Shown here: positions 39,256 to 53,667 of the stretch, piece by piece
How positions within the stretch are numbered: position 1 is the stretch's first letter
Layout: each line of letters begins with the position of its first letter
From: Octopus vulgaris
Lineage: Eukaryota
Assembly (NCBI GenBank): GCA_951406725.2
Contig: OX597817.1
Span: forward strand, 108,066,001 to 108,130,000
Direction of reading: 5' to 3'
DNA: 64,000 nucleotides
The notes under the pieces: generated by a model
Databases searched by the model: none
Seen by the model: only the letters and a program-made list of their open reading frames with translations
What the model was told of the DNA's origin: nothing
Position numbers and translations under genes: made by a program

Positions 39256-42200
39256 ATATTCACTCCAGATGTAGCGTAACTTTGGAAATGGGATTAAATA
39301 ACTAGGGCAAAGATTACAAAGGGCCCTATACTGAGAAAAAGGGTGTTAATGAATTGCAGTCTATGAAGCCAACAAAAAATCTATAGGTGATCATGTGACC
39401 ATCTATGTTGGATAATGTCATCGTATGTACGCAATGCCTGGAAAAAACAAAAGAACTTAATGTTTATGGCTTGAATGCCATTGATGATAATGCTGCTCTA
39501 TCAGGGATGATACGGCGCTAAACAAGAACTTGAATTAAGGTAGTGAGCCACAGAGGGAGGATCTAAGACTTTTTAGGATAAGCAAACAAACCTACCCCAC
39601 ATCACACTCTACTATCTTAGAAAAACAGAAGGAACCATTGGATATATAGGCTAGGAAAAAGACTGGATGGTCATTAATGGAAAACTTTTGATCGTATGTA
39701 TGCACGTCTATGATTAATCAAGAGCTAGAGTAAGGAAAATACTGTGGTTTATAAAAATCATTTTTAATTTTCAGCTTGGTTTATTTTAAGCCTTATATAG
39801 TGTAGACATGGTCAAGAGTCGTCTTTCATGGTCTCGAGTTAACCAATATCTTCCTCTGTGTGTGTGTGTAAGTCGCCGACAAACCGATACTCTATGAACA
39901 TAGTCCCTTGAAATATTTGTCCTACATCGTGTTACAAACATCTTGTCACTTTCACTATCAAAAAATACAGTGAACCAGTGATCGGCCCTGCTATTGTATA
40001 CAAATTACAATATAACATTTTTAAAAATAGATAATATAAATAATAATTTACAGTTTTGTTAATGACTAACAGCGTTTCTATATTTGTTAATTAGCCAGTA
40101 GAATATAGAGTCAATACTAAACAATCAGTTCAATACCTTACCTACTAGACTGCACTAATACTCCAATTACTGAATTCATGACTAACGTTCAGTATTGCTT
40201 TACTAAAAAGAAACCTTTCGATTTAACACTATATGCTAATAATACTGCATTATTGTCTTGTTTTGCTGTTGTTCTTTTCTTTTGTTATACACCGACTATG
40301 TGGTCTTGATCTTGTTAGCCGTCTACGAATAAATTCATTTATATCTATTAAAAATAGGAGAAAAATCGTTAACAAAAATGATTTAGGCGCCCTTCTTCAG
40401 TAGAAATATTACGACACTTATTTCCCTTCTTTTAGTAAACTGCATCACTTTAGTTTAAAATTCTACATTGTAAATCAAAGTAAAGTTGGACAGTCTAATT
40501 AATTTTCAATGACTTTAGTGTTCCGCTATTGACATTTCCTTAGCATCTGTATGACCTTTTTAAGTGAAAATTAGCCCTACTCTTGTTGGTTGATTGTAAT
40601 AGAAAACTGATCCCAAATAACAAAATAAAAGAGTGTATATTTAAAAGCTAGGTTAAGTTGACTGACTGGTTTGTGAAGAATTTTCTTTCTTCCTTGTTTT
40701 TTCTTAATCACTTGTTTGTAGTAATATATCCCGTTCTGTCAACAGAGAGCATTTTAAAAGAATGAGAGTGTTACAAGGATCAAGTGTCTCTAACCTTGCG
40801 CCGTTTTCTTTAAAACGAGTTGGCTTAATGACACTTCTTGTACAATAACGTATTTTTCACCAAGGTTGTTAAAAAAAACATCCGAAGTAATGATTGAGGG
40901 AGAGGAAAGAGAGAGAAGGGGCTTGTGGAGAGAATGGTTTACAAATAATCTGAATGAGTATACACCGTTAAAAAAGAAAAACATGTGAGTTAAAACATTT
41001 CTTCAAAGGGTTTTAAAAGAAAGTAATGTTAGTTTACGCTTCATTAACACTTTTCAATACAAGACGTCTTACGCTGAAAATGAAAAGAAACTGAAATATA
41101 TCTTAATAAAAGTAATAGCCAATTCAGGTCAATCATACCATCTGATTACCTTTATGTTTTTCAGCCTTAGATATGGCTACGGCAATGTGAATTTCAATTA
41201 TGTTGCGATATAATTATTATATTCATTCACTTTTGTTACGAAATCTTCTCGATAGCTGGCAATTACATTTTCTATAGCCATTCAAATAAAGCAGCCCTTT
41301 TCATCAACTTCTAATACGACATTTATTCTATGACTGACGCTAGCGATGGAATATCATATGTTCAGAACACTCGTTTAACAACGTTGATTTCCTTTCACCT
41401 AAATGTTCTATCATCTCTGCTTTCATTCGGTGGAGTGAAACTTGAGTACATTTTCATTATGTTTCGTATACTGTTGCCCGAAGAAAATGTCTTTTTCTTT
41501 CTTTGTGTGTGTGTGTGTGTGTCCTTTTTTTTAATTCAGTTTAAGCTAAGATTTCCAATGAAAGAAACCAAAACAAAATGAATTCTGTCTTCGTTTGATT
41601 GAAACGTAATGTCGGTGTTTATCCAATCAATTGATTTATCATCTGTCAAACTTAATTGGCTTTGTTTCGTTATTAGTAATAAAACAAGTATATATAAGAA
41701 AAAAATAAGATGTCCAAATATTGAATTGATCCAATGTAGGGTTAAATTGTACAGAAAACTTTGTCACTAATTACCATTTAGATCCTTGTGATCGTTGCTT
41801 TATCCCAGGTCGGCTCTGACTGAGCAGACCCACGGTCAAAGAGTTTCAGCCATGAGCACCACATCTTATTTTCAAACAAAGTACCCTGGACTATATCTTC
41901 CATTATGTCCCTCATTTTTTAAAACGGTTGCGGCTTGGCTTAAGGGGAATGTAAAGGTTATCTCTAGCTGATAGAGTGACTGCTCCTTGTTAGGTCAATT
42001 CCCACAATCTCGGCATAGACATGTAGAATGATGTGCTTCGGTTCAGTCAGTTGCAGTCTGTTTAAATTAATTGTGTTCGTTATATATTCAAATAAAAACT
42101 TTGGGAATGACTTCGTCACACACAATAGCTAACAGTAATGCTTCCAGATAATGGAATCGGATTTTTCAATGAATTATAAAGAAACAGTTTTCGCAAATAG

Positions 42201-43680
42201 TGTTACTTTCGTTTCCCCGTTTCACTCACCAACATGGGAACACAAAGTTCAGTCATTGATCTCCGCAATAATTTTCTTTTAAACTAAGTACCAAAAACCA
42301 AACCTGCTGAACAACAAAACCTTATCGTAGAACTTGACAAGGCTCTGATCAAAGACTCAAATGAAAAAAATGTATTTCCGCAGAGAAACGAAAGAAGACC
42401 AACCCCAGAACTAATGATTCTACAGGAAGCTGTGCCTCTCTAGTAAAATGCGAAATTAAGAAAAGGAAACAAACTCCAGCTTGCTACTCTCAATGTATAA
42501 CTAGGAATCAGCAGCTTAATGACACTTTTGTGCTAAGAAACGTTTTTCTGTTTGAAGCACAACCAGCTTTAAGTAGCACAGTACATTTTTTTAAAAGCTC
42601 GAATATTCATATATGAAAGTTGGATGTTAAAACAAGAAGTGGGCTTTAACGAATTATGTTTGGAGAGAGACTTAGAGAAATTACTACAAAATAGATCAGT
42701 TACTGGAAGCGATTTGTACACACACATGACCACGTACATACACATATATACACACACATTATATGTGTGCGACGTGAGCGCATTATGTGTAGGAAAGAAA
42801 GAAAGAAAGAGAGAGAGAAGAATCTACTCTAATACAAATCTGTTAACTCTTAATACAAATCTGTCAACCACGAAATGATGGAAGAGACAAAGTTGGCCTC
42901 GGCAGGATTTGAACTAGGAGTGACAAGAGCAGTTAATGAGACGATAAAGTCTCTGCTAATTGTCCGCCTTAATATATACACGCATACGCACAGTCATTTG
43001 CACACATGCACACGCGTATATATACACATGTATGAGAGAGGGTATGTCCTTATACTACCCAACTCATCTTTGCATGGAAAGGCGACTTAAAACGACGACG
43101 TCTGTGACGATGATGACGCTAGCAATCATATGAGTGCGTGTTTCTGTCTGTATGTCTGTACTTACATATGAGGTATTTATGTGGGAACCACTTAACCGTT
43201 GCCTCTTCATATGCTTGCGACTCGAAATCTCAGAACTGTCACAAAACAGGACTTTGACTTTTGCTTCTTTCAAAGCTTTGAAGTATATACATATGTTTGC
43301 ACTTCAGTGTCGTTATCAAACAGTTTTATACATTTTTCTGTCATGTATTTATTATGCTTTTATATTATTATCACAATTTACAACAGTATTACCAGGGCTA
43401 TGATAAACTTGTCATTGTAGCACTATATTATACATTGAATGTGCGTGCGCGAGCGTATTTACGTTGTTCTATGACAGGCTGAAGAAAACGCACTGAATAC
43501 ATAGAGTAGGATATTGCTGATATCTATTACGCTGATTTCTCAAACTGGGCTGGCAGCAAGCAATGAAATAAGCATTCAGAGACCCACCCCACCCTTTTGC
43601 ACCGCGTTGTTTCACTTAAATATATCTTGCATTTCGTCAGTCGGTAAAATTATGAGTTGCAGCAGGCAATACACACACAC

Positions 43681-43742
<62 letters not shown>

Positions 43743-43875
43743 GGGAGAGAGAGAGAGATAATGTTATAATAAAAATCACAAACGCTGTGAAATATATTAT
43801 TTCTGTTATGACATTATCTTCCTTGTTTTAGCTGAGCGAGTGCTACTTTACTTGTTGAAGCCTTACAACATGAAC

Positions 43876-43918
<43 letters not shown>

Positions 43919-44454
43919 TGATCGATAAGTAATGAGGCATTAAGCAACCCCGCATCCATTGTGCGTATTTTATCTTGTTTCTTCTTTCCTGTTTTTCCGT
44001 ATGTTCCTTTTTGGCTACCACCGCTGCTTGAGATACTCACATTCACACATATAGTAAAAGGTACGTGGCCAAGAGGTAAGGTCGTTGCACACACAATTGC
44101 AAGACTTTGGTTTCGATTCCCACATCGGCAGTGTATTGTGTTCTTGAGCAAAAACGCTTCATTTCACGTTGTTCCCATAAATGGGTGACCCTATGTCGAA
44201 CTGGCCGGCAGGGTGGTGTCTTTCGAAAGATACAACAATACGAAAAGATGCATTGTCACCAGCGGTGTGTAACAGCATCCGATAGATTGGTCAATTCTGT
44301 GATACAGCTATATGTTGACAGAGAAATGCGAGGGCGATCGAGGTAGTTAGATTGTACGATAGCATAATCATCTTTGTTCATGCTTCTCAGCCCGGAGTGG
44401 CAGATGAACGAAAGGTCTAATTTTACATAGTCCTTTTACCTGATCTTCGTGGCC

Positions 44455-44700
44455 AGCGACATCAATGGACATGTTGGGCAGTAATCTGATAGATTGCAAG
44501 TTGTAACATGGAAGCTATGCATTTAGTCCCAGAATTAAAGAGGGAACAAGGCTCTAGAAGTTCTGTAACGCAAACGAGCTCATGATTTACAACGCGAACT
44601 TCAAGAAACCAACCGGTCACAAGTTCATATATCAATCTGGTGGGCACACAAGGTATATTGACAACATTCTCACCAGAAAACGGAATAGAAAATGCTTGGG
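44455..44700 (+). mobile_element. RTE-like LINE apurinic-endonuclease fragment
   Basis: Reads ..EFCNANELMIYNANFKKPTGHKFIYQSGGHTRYIDNILTRKR, resembling the (T)N..F.K....(T/I)Y.SG....IDY(I/V)L end of LINE APE domains. Frameshifted. Confidence 0.65.
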
Positions 44701-44959
44701 TATGCAAATATATATGTGCGTGTGTGTCTCGACAGATGTTCTAACAAGAACTAGGGGCCCATCACTTCCAGGTAGTCTTGCGGCGCACTCGTTCATTATC
44801 ATGAGTATTTCTATGTCCTTGCACAATTATTCGATAGTCAACGAGTGAAGTAGTCAACTGTCGGCACTAGGCAAGCTTGGTGTGGAAACCAGTTTAGTCA
44901 CCAACAACAAATTGTACCAGACTACATGCTACCAATAGCACTTGTGAGCGACCGGACAT

Positions 44960-45014
<55 letters not shown>

Positions 45015-47943
45015 GTTTACATATTCGTAAAACTGTTCCGGTGTTCTCCGTTTGAGATGCTTGAACTGAATGTATGTTCACAAAGCTGTATATATGATTA
45101 CTCACTGAAATGCACATATTTGGGCACTAAAAAATAGCATGTACACTCATTGCATGAGCGCAGATTTAGTGATGAATGCATATAAATATATGCACACGCA
45201 AACTCATTCATATATCCATGGATATCAAGAGCTGTCTTGACTGAAACAAAAGAGTTTTGTTATTTTATTTTAGGGACTTGCTTGAATTCTGAGAGGGATG
45301 GAGGACTTGGATAAATCCCAAACTAAGAGCGTACAGATAGATGCTTGCAACTGAAAATAATGCTTAACTAAACTCGGTTGTTGACAGGTTTTTGCACTTT
45401 AAATTAATAAAAAGCGGGATATGATTTCGCTGCTTTATAAACATGGAAAGTAGAAAGATGGGAGATAGTATAGAAAAATGAAAGCTAAAGGTAACAAAAG
45501 AAACTGTTTTGCCATCTGAGATATAGCTCAGTAGTAGAGTATCTATCTAAAGATCGAGAGGTAGCAGATAACTCTTTCTTAAAGTGTTATTTTTCAAGCC
45601 AAAGAGAGAACCTCTTCGTGGGCACTTGACCTGCAAGAAATAGTAACCAAATTTTCCTCAAATTATACGCTTTCGCTTAAAAGAAGGAAGGATACATAAG
45701 GTAATGCAGTGCTTAAGAAAAAAAAGGTAAAATATAGAAAAACCAACGGAATAGTCACGAACGCCTTTGATCATAAATCTATTTGTTTAGGCTAATCTGG
45801 GGTTAGCCATCATCACCACTTGCAACAATAACTGTTTTTTCTGTCAGGACAACATAAATATATACAAACAGAAACTAGTTTTCTCAGTAATTAAAAATAA
45901 TCCAACAGGATTTTCCAATTAAGAATATATTGCTGTTATTTACCCTCGGGTCAAAAAATTGATTGAGTAGACTTAGGTTCAAAGGGATTCCAACCACGAC
46001 CATCGTACTTCTGTAGAGCTTCTAATAGTATATAATCCAGATTGTCCTTCATTGTTTAAAACGGTTAAAGGTTTGGTTTTGGAAAATTTGATGCTATTTC
46101 TCGCAGATCGAGCAACCTCTTAAATACCCCTAATTCGTTAAGACAGTATATTTGCTTAAAATAAGAACATTTTTCACAAAGCTGTTGATTACATTTATAT
46201 TATGTCCTAAGAGAGCGTAATCCTGACGACAGCCTAATTAAAAATTCGATCTTTCACCCTCAACACTGAAATTCTCATGCTTATGAAACAAGTTTTAACA
46301 GTTATTGTAACTACATTGTTACCAGTAATTACCCTGCAGTTTGCATTGTAGTAAAATACGATGTCTCTTTGTGTACATTGTTAATCATCATTAATTAACT
46401 CGTCAATATCTTAATATACATAACACCTTCTGATGCTTAGAAAAGAGACACACCCTAGTAAATATCAATAACACAACTCCGAATCATTGTTGTATTACGG
46501 ATACTTGCATTTAACTGACGTCATTAATGGAAATCGGTAATACTAAAGCATACAAACTCTAGTCTTCCACATAGAGGAATTCATTAATGCACTTCTATTT
46601 CATACAATATTCGTAACATGTTCAGATATGATCTATTAATATATAAACTAACCATCGTTACAGTAGTATATGGGCAATCTAATCCATTGCCTGTCCAAAG
46701 TATTTTCATAAATTTGTCTTAAAAGTTCAATGCTGTTTTCAGACTTTAGTTAACTCTTGTTTCATTTCATACGTCCTTTCATAAGTACTCAGTTACTCTG
46801 GTGGTTGAAACAAATTGAGGATGTGTATCATGTATGATGCATGGACGCAAGGGAAATATATCTTGTGTATTACGTGTGATAAGTAGGACAGGCAAAGTGT
46901 TATTCAGACGTCAGTGAAACAGTCTTTCATAAATGGCGTAGTCTTTCATAATAAAGCGGAAGAAACATACTTCTAGAGTGCCCCCATTCGTCATGTCCAG
47001 CAATGTTGACATACTCCTTTTGAAGAATATATCGTAAAATGATTGGGTACCATGAAACGAACCATGTATAATTTGTCACTAATTATAATTATGAAAGCCA
47101 AGGCACCGAAACAACATATTTGGCAATTTCATCTCCCCACCCCTGCCTCCACCAGAGGTTTACAGCACTGAAAAGTAGTTGGTTATGATTGCTTCCAAAA
47201 TTCAAGGGATTTTACAGCTCACGTGTATCGGCATAATTTCTCTATCGGTATGCGTACCCTAGTTTAAGAACTCCTGTTCTAGAGTTATGCAGCATGAATC
47301 AAACATTAGAAGAGTACTGAAATATTTAAATCTTATAGATACGTTTTAATAAAGGCATACCTATACGCGCACTGGACGTTTAGGACAAATTCCATCCAAA
47401 ATTTAAACATGTGAACTAGTAGTTACAAAATATTTCATCTCACACACGAACAAGAAACGACTGCTCGAGCAAACTACCAAAGAAACTATTGCTTGGTCGT
47501 CGTTCTACCTGCCACAAATAACAGTCAAATTTCGACTGTATGAAAGAAAAACCTTAGCTCATGTGCTCGTGGTAGTCCTGGATTTAGACATGAAATTCCG
47601 AGCTATATAAAGCATGGATATTTTTATTAAAAAGTTACACACACAAATCTCACAGAAGTTAAAAACACATATGCTTTTTAATTATTCTGATGCTCCTGCT
47701 GATTGTGAGGTCCTAAACTGTAGTTTGTTATCCTATGCCTAAATCTGACACTGTACCTCTTGGCTCGCTGTACTTTAAAAAGTGGTTAGAATGTCTTTGA
47801 TTATATAAGTTTGCTCAATGGAAGCCGACCGAAGCTACACAACAACACCTGTTTCAGTATTAAGATAATCTCGCGATGCAGTTCCAGATCCCGACGAATC
47901 CTTTTTTGTTAACTATTTATAAATGTGGGTATAACAAATACTA

Positions 47944-48251
47944 CTCTTCTTGTCGCCCTTTTCAAGCCTAGCCAGGCTCATGGGCCCGGTTTCCCGGTTT
48001 CTGTGGGGTGTGTGTTCCTCGCAACTGGACGGGACGCCAGTCCATCGCAGCGTTACTCAAGAAACAGGAAGAGAGAGTGAGAGAAAGTTGAGGCGAAAGA
48101 GTACAACAGGGGTCGCCACCAACCCCTGCCGGAGCCACGTGGAGCTTTTAGGTGTTTTCGTTCAATAAACACACACAACGCCTGGTCTGGGAATCAAAAC
48201 CGCGATCCTCCGACCGCGAGCACGCTGCCCTAACCACTGGGCCATTGCGCC
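47944..48251 (-). mobile_element. tRNA-derived SINE, family C
   Basis: Minus strand head GGCGCAATGGCCCAGTGGTTAGGGCAGCG..GGTTTTGATTCCC. Similar tRNA-like heads at ~1790-2070(-), 8340-8460, 10805-11140(-), 36735-36995(-) and 44064-44410. Confidence 0.75.
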
Positions 48252-48973
48252 TCTACTATACTACTATCAGTAGTAGTTATTGTTGCAGTTGTCTGGCCCC
48301 GGGTTTGTCCTGATTGAGCAATTGGATAGACCATCGCGCCTTTTTTAGGATTGCATTATGTAATGTATCATTTTTCTATTTAAGAGAATAAGGCATTTTT
48401 TGAGAGAGAGATTTGGCTTCTGCCGCCAGCATGTCGAGCATGTTCATTGAAGTGGTAGGTAGACGTAAAAGTTTGAGTAGTTAGTAGTCTAATAACGTTT
48501 ATGAGAATTAGATATATTGGTAACGCGTATGATAAAATGTTTAAACAACTTCAGTCGTGTGTGTTCTAGTGCTACTGGCCTAAGATGTACATTAGAGTTG
48601 CTTGCCATTTATAATCGAAAAAGGTACGAGTAGTGCATACACTGGAATTTATAAGTGTATCTGTACACGCGTATATTGACGCTTACTGCAGACTATATTA
48701 TTCCCGTCTATCTATAAGTCTAGTTCTTAGCAATGTATGTGTGTGCGTGCGTGCATGTGTGTGTGTATCTTTTATGTTTTACTTGTTTCAGTCTTTGGAC
48801 TGCGACCATGCTAGGGCACCGTCTTGGCCCCAATGCTTATTTTTAAAGCCTTGTACTTATTCTATTGATCCCTTTTGCCGAACCGCTAAGTTACAGGGAC
48901 GTAAACAAACCAGCACTGGTTGCCAAGCAGTGGTGGGTGACAAATACAAACACAAAGATACACACACACACAT

Positions 48974-49005
<32 letters not shown>

Positions 49006-50368
49006 CTGACCTCTTTCAGTTTCCGTCAACCAAATCCACTCACAGGGCTTTAGTCGTTCTGGGGCGGACTATATTAGAATACTTTCGCCCAAGGTGCCGC
49101 GCAGTGAAACTGAACTGAAGACCGAACGGCTGAAAAGCATGCTTTTTAAATCCAGGCCGTATTAATGTTTTGTTATGTTATCCGACTGACTGCAATGTGT
49201 ACTGATGAAAGGTGAAAAATATTAAATATCTGCTAATCTGTTTCGTGATTCAGTTTTAAATGTCAGCTGCTTCTAGTCTTTAAAGGAAGTTTTGAGACAA
49301 CTTTCAACATGAGATAACCACGCCTCCTAAATAACATTCGATGGCCATGAACCCGTCTATTAAGACCTCTTCACCATCATGTATCCAAAAACAGTATTCC
49401 TGAGACCCTCCTATTTACATTCATTTACAACCATGCGGGTTCTGGTTCAGTCCCAGTACCCGGCACCTTGGATAAGAGTCTTTTACTGTAGCTCTGAACC
49501 AACTAATACCTTTTGAGTGGATTTCGTAAACGGAAACTGTGGTAGCCCGTCATATCTTTTACCTTTTATTCCACATTTGTTTCAGTCATTAGACTGTGGC
49601 CATGCTAGGACCCCGTCTTGAATAATTTTAGTTGAATGAATCGACCCCAGCACCCCCCCCCCCCCCCCACACACACACGTGACTCTGAAGTTTCGGCTAA
49701 CAAAACTTAATTGGCCAAAACTTCGTAGTCACTGTCAATACTATATTGCTAAAGAATAAATTGTACACTACCAAATCTATTGAATAATCCTTCAATTTCA
49801 TGTAAAACAAATTCATGCATATGCAGTGTGTGTGTGTGTGTCTTCTCCTCTCACAGTCAACCAGTAGTGGTTTGTTTACGTCCACATAACTTACTGGTCC
49901 GGCGTAAGAGACCAATAGAATGTGTGATCGACAACCAAACCCTTCAAGGCGATGTACCAACATGTCCTCAGTCCAGTGACTGAAACGACCCATAAAAGAT
50001 ATGAAGGAAATTACTACGCTTTATAGTTTTTTTTTTCCATGTGATCGCTCAATATGCTTGAAATATCTGCCAAATCTCCCTCAAAATACATTTAAATTGC
50101 ATCTTTCAAAACAATCCAAGAACACATTGCACAATATAATCTCAGACACCATCTCAAGATCAACAGGCTGCGAGCTAACAGAATCGTTGGTTCGTCGGAC
50201 GAAATGCCGCGTGGTGCTATTTCTTCCGACTCGTGTTCAAATTCCGTTGAGGTCAACTTGGCCTTTCATACTTTCGGGGTCGATAATACTGGGTCGATGT
50301 AATCGACTTCTCCTTCCTCCTTAAAACTGCTGGTCTTGTGCCTAAACCAGAAACTATTATTATTTATA

Positions 50369-50762
50369 CTAGCAGTATCGTCCGGCGTTGCTCGGGTTTG
50401 TTTCGACCCTTTAAAATTGGAATTTTTGAAAAGTAAAAAATGTACATTATGTAGCTTGTTATTCTCTTTAAGTGAACATTTTTTCTGGTTGAAATACACC
50501 GAAAAATGGCGACACAGCAGTCAAAAGATCGTAAAAAAATAGGGATTTTCATAGAAAAAAAGCACCTTTTTGATGTAAATAATTTTTGGTGTTAACATGG
50601 TCCGATTTAAATTTTTTCTTCTACGGAAGGAAGAGCAAGCCTTCTTCTACCATACTCTCAATTTTGGTCAACTTGCGCCGCAGGGTCTCGGAGGAGATAG
50701 TGTTAGTTGAAGGCTACCAAACCTGCCGTACACAGACAACTTCAGCTTGATATATAGAGAGA
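50369..50762 (-). mobile_element. Non-autonomous Helitron
   Basis: Same 3' hairpin plus CTAG terminus (last ~32 bp) as the other two copies, a 5' TC end and a different interior. Confidence 0.75.
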
Positions 50763-50793
50763 TTAAATATGAATTTGAAGCAACTCGATGTAT

Positions 50794-51188
50794 ATAAACA
50801 AAATTGAACACACAGAATGTGTGTGTTGTTAGTTCGTCGGGCGGCTGCGGTTTTTAGGCGTAAGATAATATATTCTCAATGTCCTTGGTGTAAAACACCT
50901 GAAAGTAAGTCACAGGCAAGCGAAACAACTTACATCAAATCTCTTTTTCTCGGAGCGACAGACATCAATGTTTCGTCATTTTGTTAAGTCAAAATGATGA
51001 CGAAACATCGATGTCTGTCGCTCCGAAAAAAATGGGATTTGATGTAAGTTGTCTCGCTTGTTTATGACTTGCTTTCAGGTGTTTTACACCAAGGATATCG
51101 AGAATATATTATCTTACGCCTAAAAACCGCAGCCACCGACGAACTAACAACAAACACACCTTGTGAATATGTGTTCGATTTTGTTTAT
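50794..51188. repeat. ~395-bp palindrome (arms ~190 bp) centred on a hammerhead remnant
   Basis: For example TTTTTAGGCGTAAGATAATATATTCTC pairs with GAGAATATATTATCTTACGCCTAAAAA. Centre is at ~50986. Confidence 0.92.
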
Positions 51189-52630
51189 TATTTATATTAC
51201 TTTATATTTTGCTCAAAAATTTCGTTTGCATAAACATCTACTGGATTTAATTATCATTATTCTAATAATTGAAGGCAAAGACAGCGAGTTTAGGCCAAGA
51301 TATTTGTTGTGGTTGTTGTTGTTACGGTCAAAAGATTTCCAACTGTAACCGTTATGTTTTTTTTTTTCCTTTTATCTAGGATACATTTTTCAGTGTCTCT
51401 TTCCTTTCTTTAAAATGGTTTGCTGCGATTTCAAGGAAATTTGACAGCTATTTCTAGTAGGCTGAACGGGTGCGTAGAGGCTCTCTTGTCGGCTCTGACT
51501 TTGTCGGTAGTAAAATGTCGTCAATAATTCAGGTTTATGGGTCAAGCAGAAGTGTCTCGTATTTCATATCAAGAAGAAATAGTGAGTTATAAATCATAAT
51601 GACGATAATAAAATCTTTACTTTTTTCTGTCACTGAAGTGTGGCCATGCTAGAGCATCTCTTTCGCGGGTTTAGTCGAACAAATCAACCTCAATACTTCG
51701 TTTTTAAGTTTAGTACTTATTCTATCGGTTATTTTGCCGAACCGCTAAGTTGCTGGGACGCTAAGCGATGGGGTGAACAAACACAAATACAAGCATATAC
51801 ATATACACGGACACTCACACCCTTACTCATACACACACATACCCAAGGTATTGATCAGTCCCGGGCTACAATCGAAGACTCTTGCGTAAGGTGCTGCACA
51901 CGTGGTTGCACAAAAATTGGTTGTTGTTTTTGTTGTGTAACTCAAGTCAGCTTTGAATGAGCAGACGTATGATACACACTTTGTCCACTGGATGACTATA
52001 TACAACTTCCAGATATCCATACTATGTGTCCACCTAACTTAGACTAATGTGCACACTACGACAGATACTTATTTCATATCTGTTGCAGTTTGACAATTGG
52101 GCATGTTTTTCTATAGCAACAATTATATTCAATTTCTTTCTCTACGCCTGTTATTACCGCTCTTATTGTAGTTGCCTAGCCCCAGATCATCTCTGATCGA
52201 GCAGATACGATGAAAGGCATGGACTTCAGTATTTTTTCTTCTTTCTCGGCAATATCTAAAACAGTATTATTCATTGGACACCTTCATAAGGCAGTAGAAT
52301 GTCATATGAGGGAGATCTGGCTGCCACTTTCAGTAGGTCAAGAGACTATGAAAACTTGAATAACTTGTATTTCTGTACACCTTTTTCCCACCTGTCTCCG
52401 AGACCCTGAAAATGGTCACAGACGCAGCCCTTATTCCCGAGTGATAAAATGTGATAAGGACGCACTGTTGTCCACGCATACGTATATATGATTATTCTTC
52501 TCGCCTAATACGTATCTCATTGAACAAATAGTAACCTGGTATCGAAAGTGATGTTGGCATTTATTGATTGTTCTCTAGCGATGTCTGTTTATCGTCTACT
52601 TAACATGCATATATTAATTTGGTCTTTCAG

Positions 52631-52834
52631 ATCTCCTCCTGGACAACCTTATAAACTGTAAACTCCTTGAAGAGTGTATGCGAGATAAAATACGATCAAC
52701 CGTCGTCCGACCACACGTCCATCAGCACACTAAACGCAAGAAGAGTACAATTCCCACTAATGATGACCAGAGATTCCGAAAAACCGTAAAAAGAACGTTT
52801 TCAGAAATTGGACGTCAATTCTCAGGAAATTTCA
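52631..52834 (+). CDS. SLC4: SLC4-family transporter, exon C (absent from the ORF track)
   Basis: Acceptor GGTCTTTCAG and donor A|GTATGT at 52835. G+AT gives Asp, then LLLDNLINCKLLEECMRDKIRSTVVRPHVHQHTKRKKSTIPTNDDQRFRKTVKRTFSEIGRQFSGNF. Contains the SLC4 H.HQ and RSF(A/S)(D/E)IG-like motifs. Phase 1 to phase 1, no stops. Confidence 0.9.
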
Positions 52835-53667
52835 GTATGTAATCTTTATTCTTTTGCACTTTTTTCTAATTTCAATTATGTGACTGCGGCCGTTTTGGGG
52901 ATCCCGTTTTGAAAGATTTTAGCCTATTATATCGACTTCGGTATTTATATCAGTCAATACCCATTTTTCAATCTTTGATTATCGAAATACTAAGGTACAG
53001 TTTTAACATAAAGAGGTGCAACAAAAAGATCGGTTTCTTTAGTCAGTTTAAACGTAAAAGATACTTACACGTGCGTGCATGCACACACACACATACATAC
53101 ACAGACATACACATACACACACACAAACACACGTAAGCAAACGCACTTACAAGACAGGCTTTTGTACAACTGCTGTCTGCCGCATTTCACTCAAAGAGCA
53201 TTGGTCGACGCGACGTCATAGAACATACTTGTTCAATCCGCCAATATATCTCACATTCAGGTAGAGGACTTTTGAACCATACAGCCACACCTGCGACTTT
53301 GTTCATATACATATCTATTTCCGTTTGATATGTGTGTGTGTTCGTGCGCGTGCGTATGTAAACTACATGCATATATATGTACGTGATGCTGATAAGCTAC
53401 AAAATTAGCGAAATATCGATAGCCATCACTCCTGAATGGGATCTGGGGCGAGTCGTCTCGCCTGTCTATGACTTTCTGGTATTTTACGAGCCAGTACAAC
53501 GAGGTAGTCATCCTTCAGGCGCTTTACCGCAGCGAACTGGCGAACAAACAAAACGTATACATTCGTAAGTACATACATACATACAATCATACATACATAA
53601 TATCTGAAAAACTTTCCAGAAGTTTATCTTTTAAACATATATGAGCATGTCTAGATATGCAACTATA

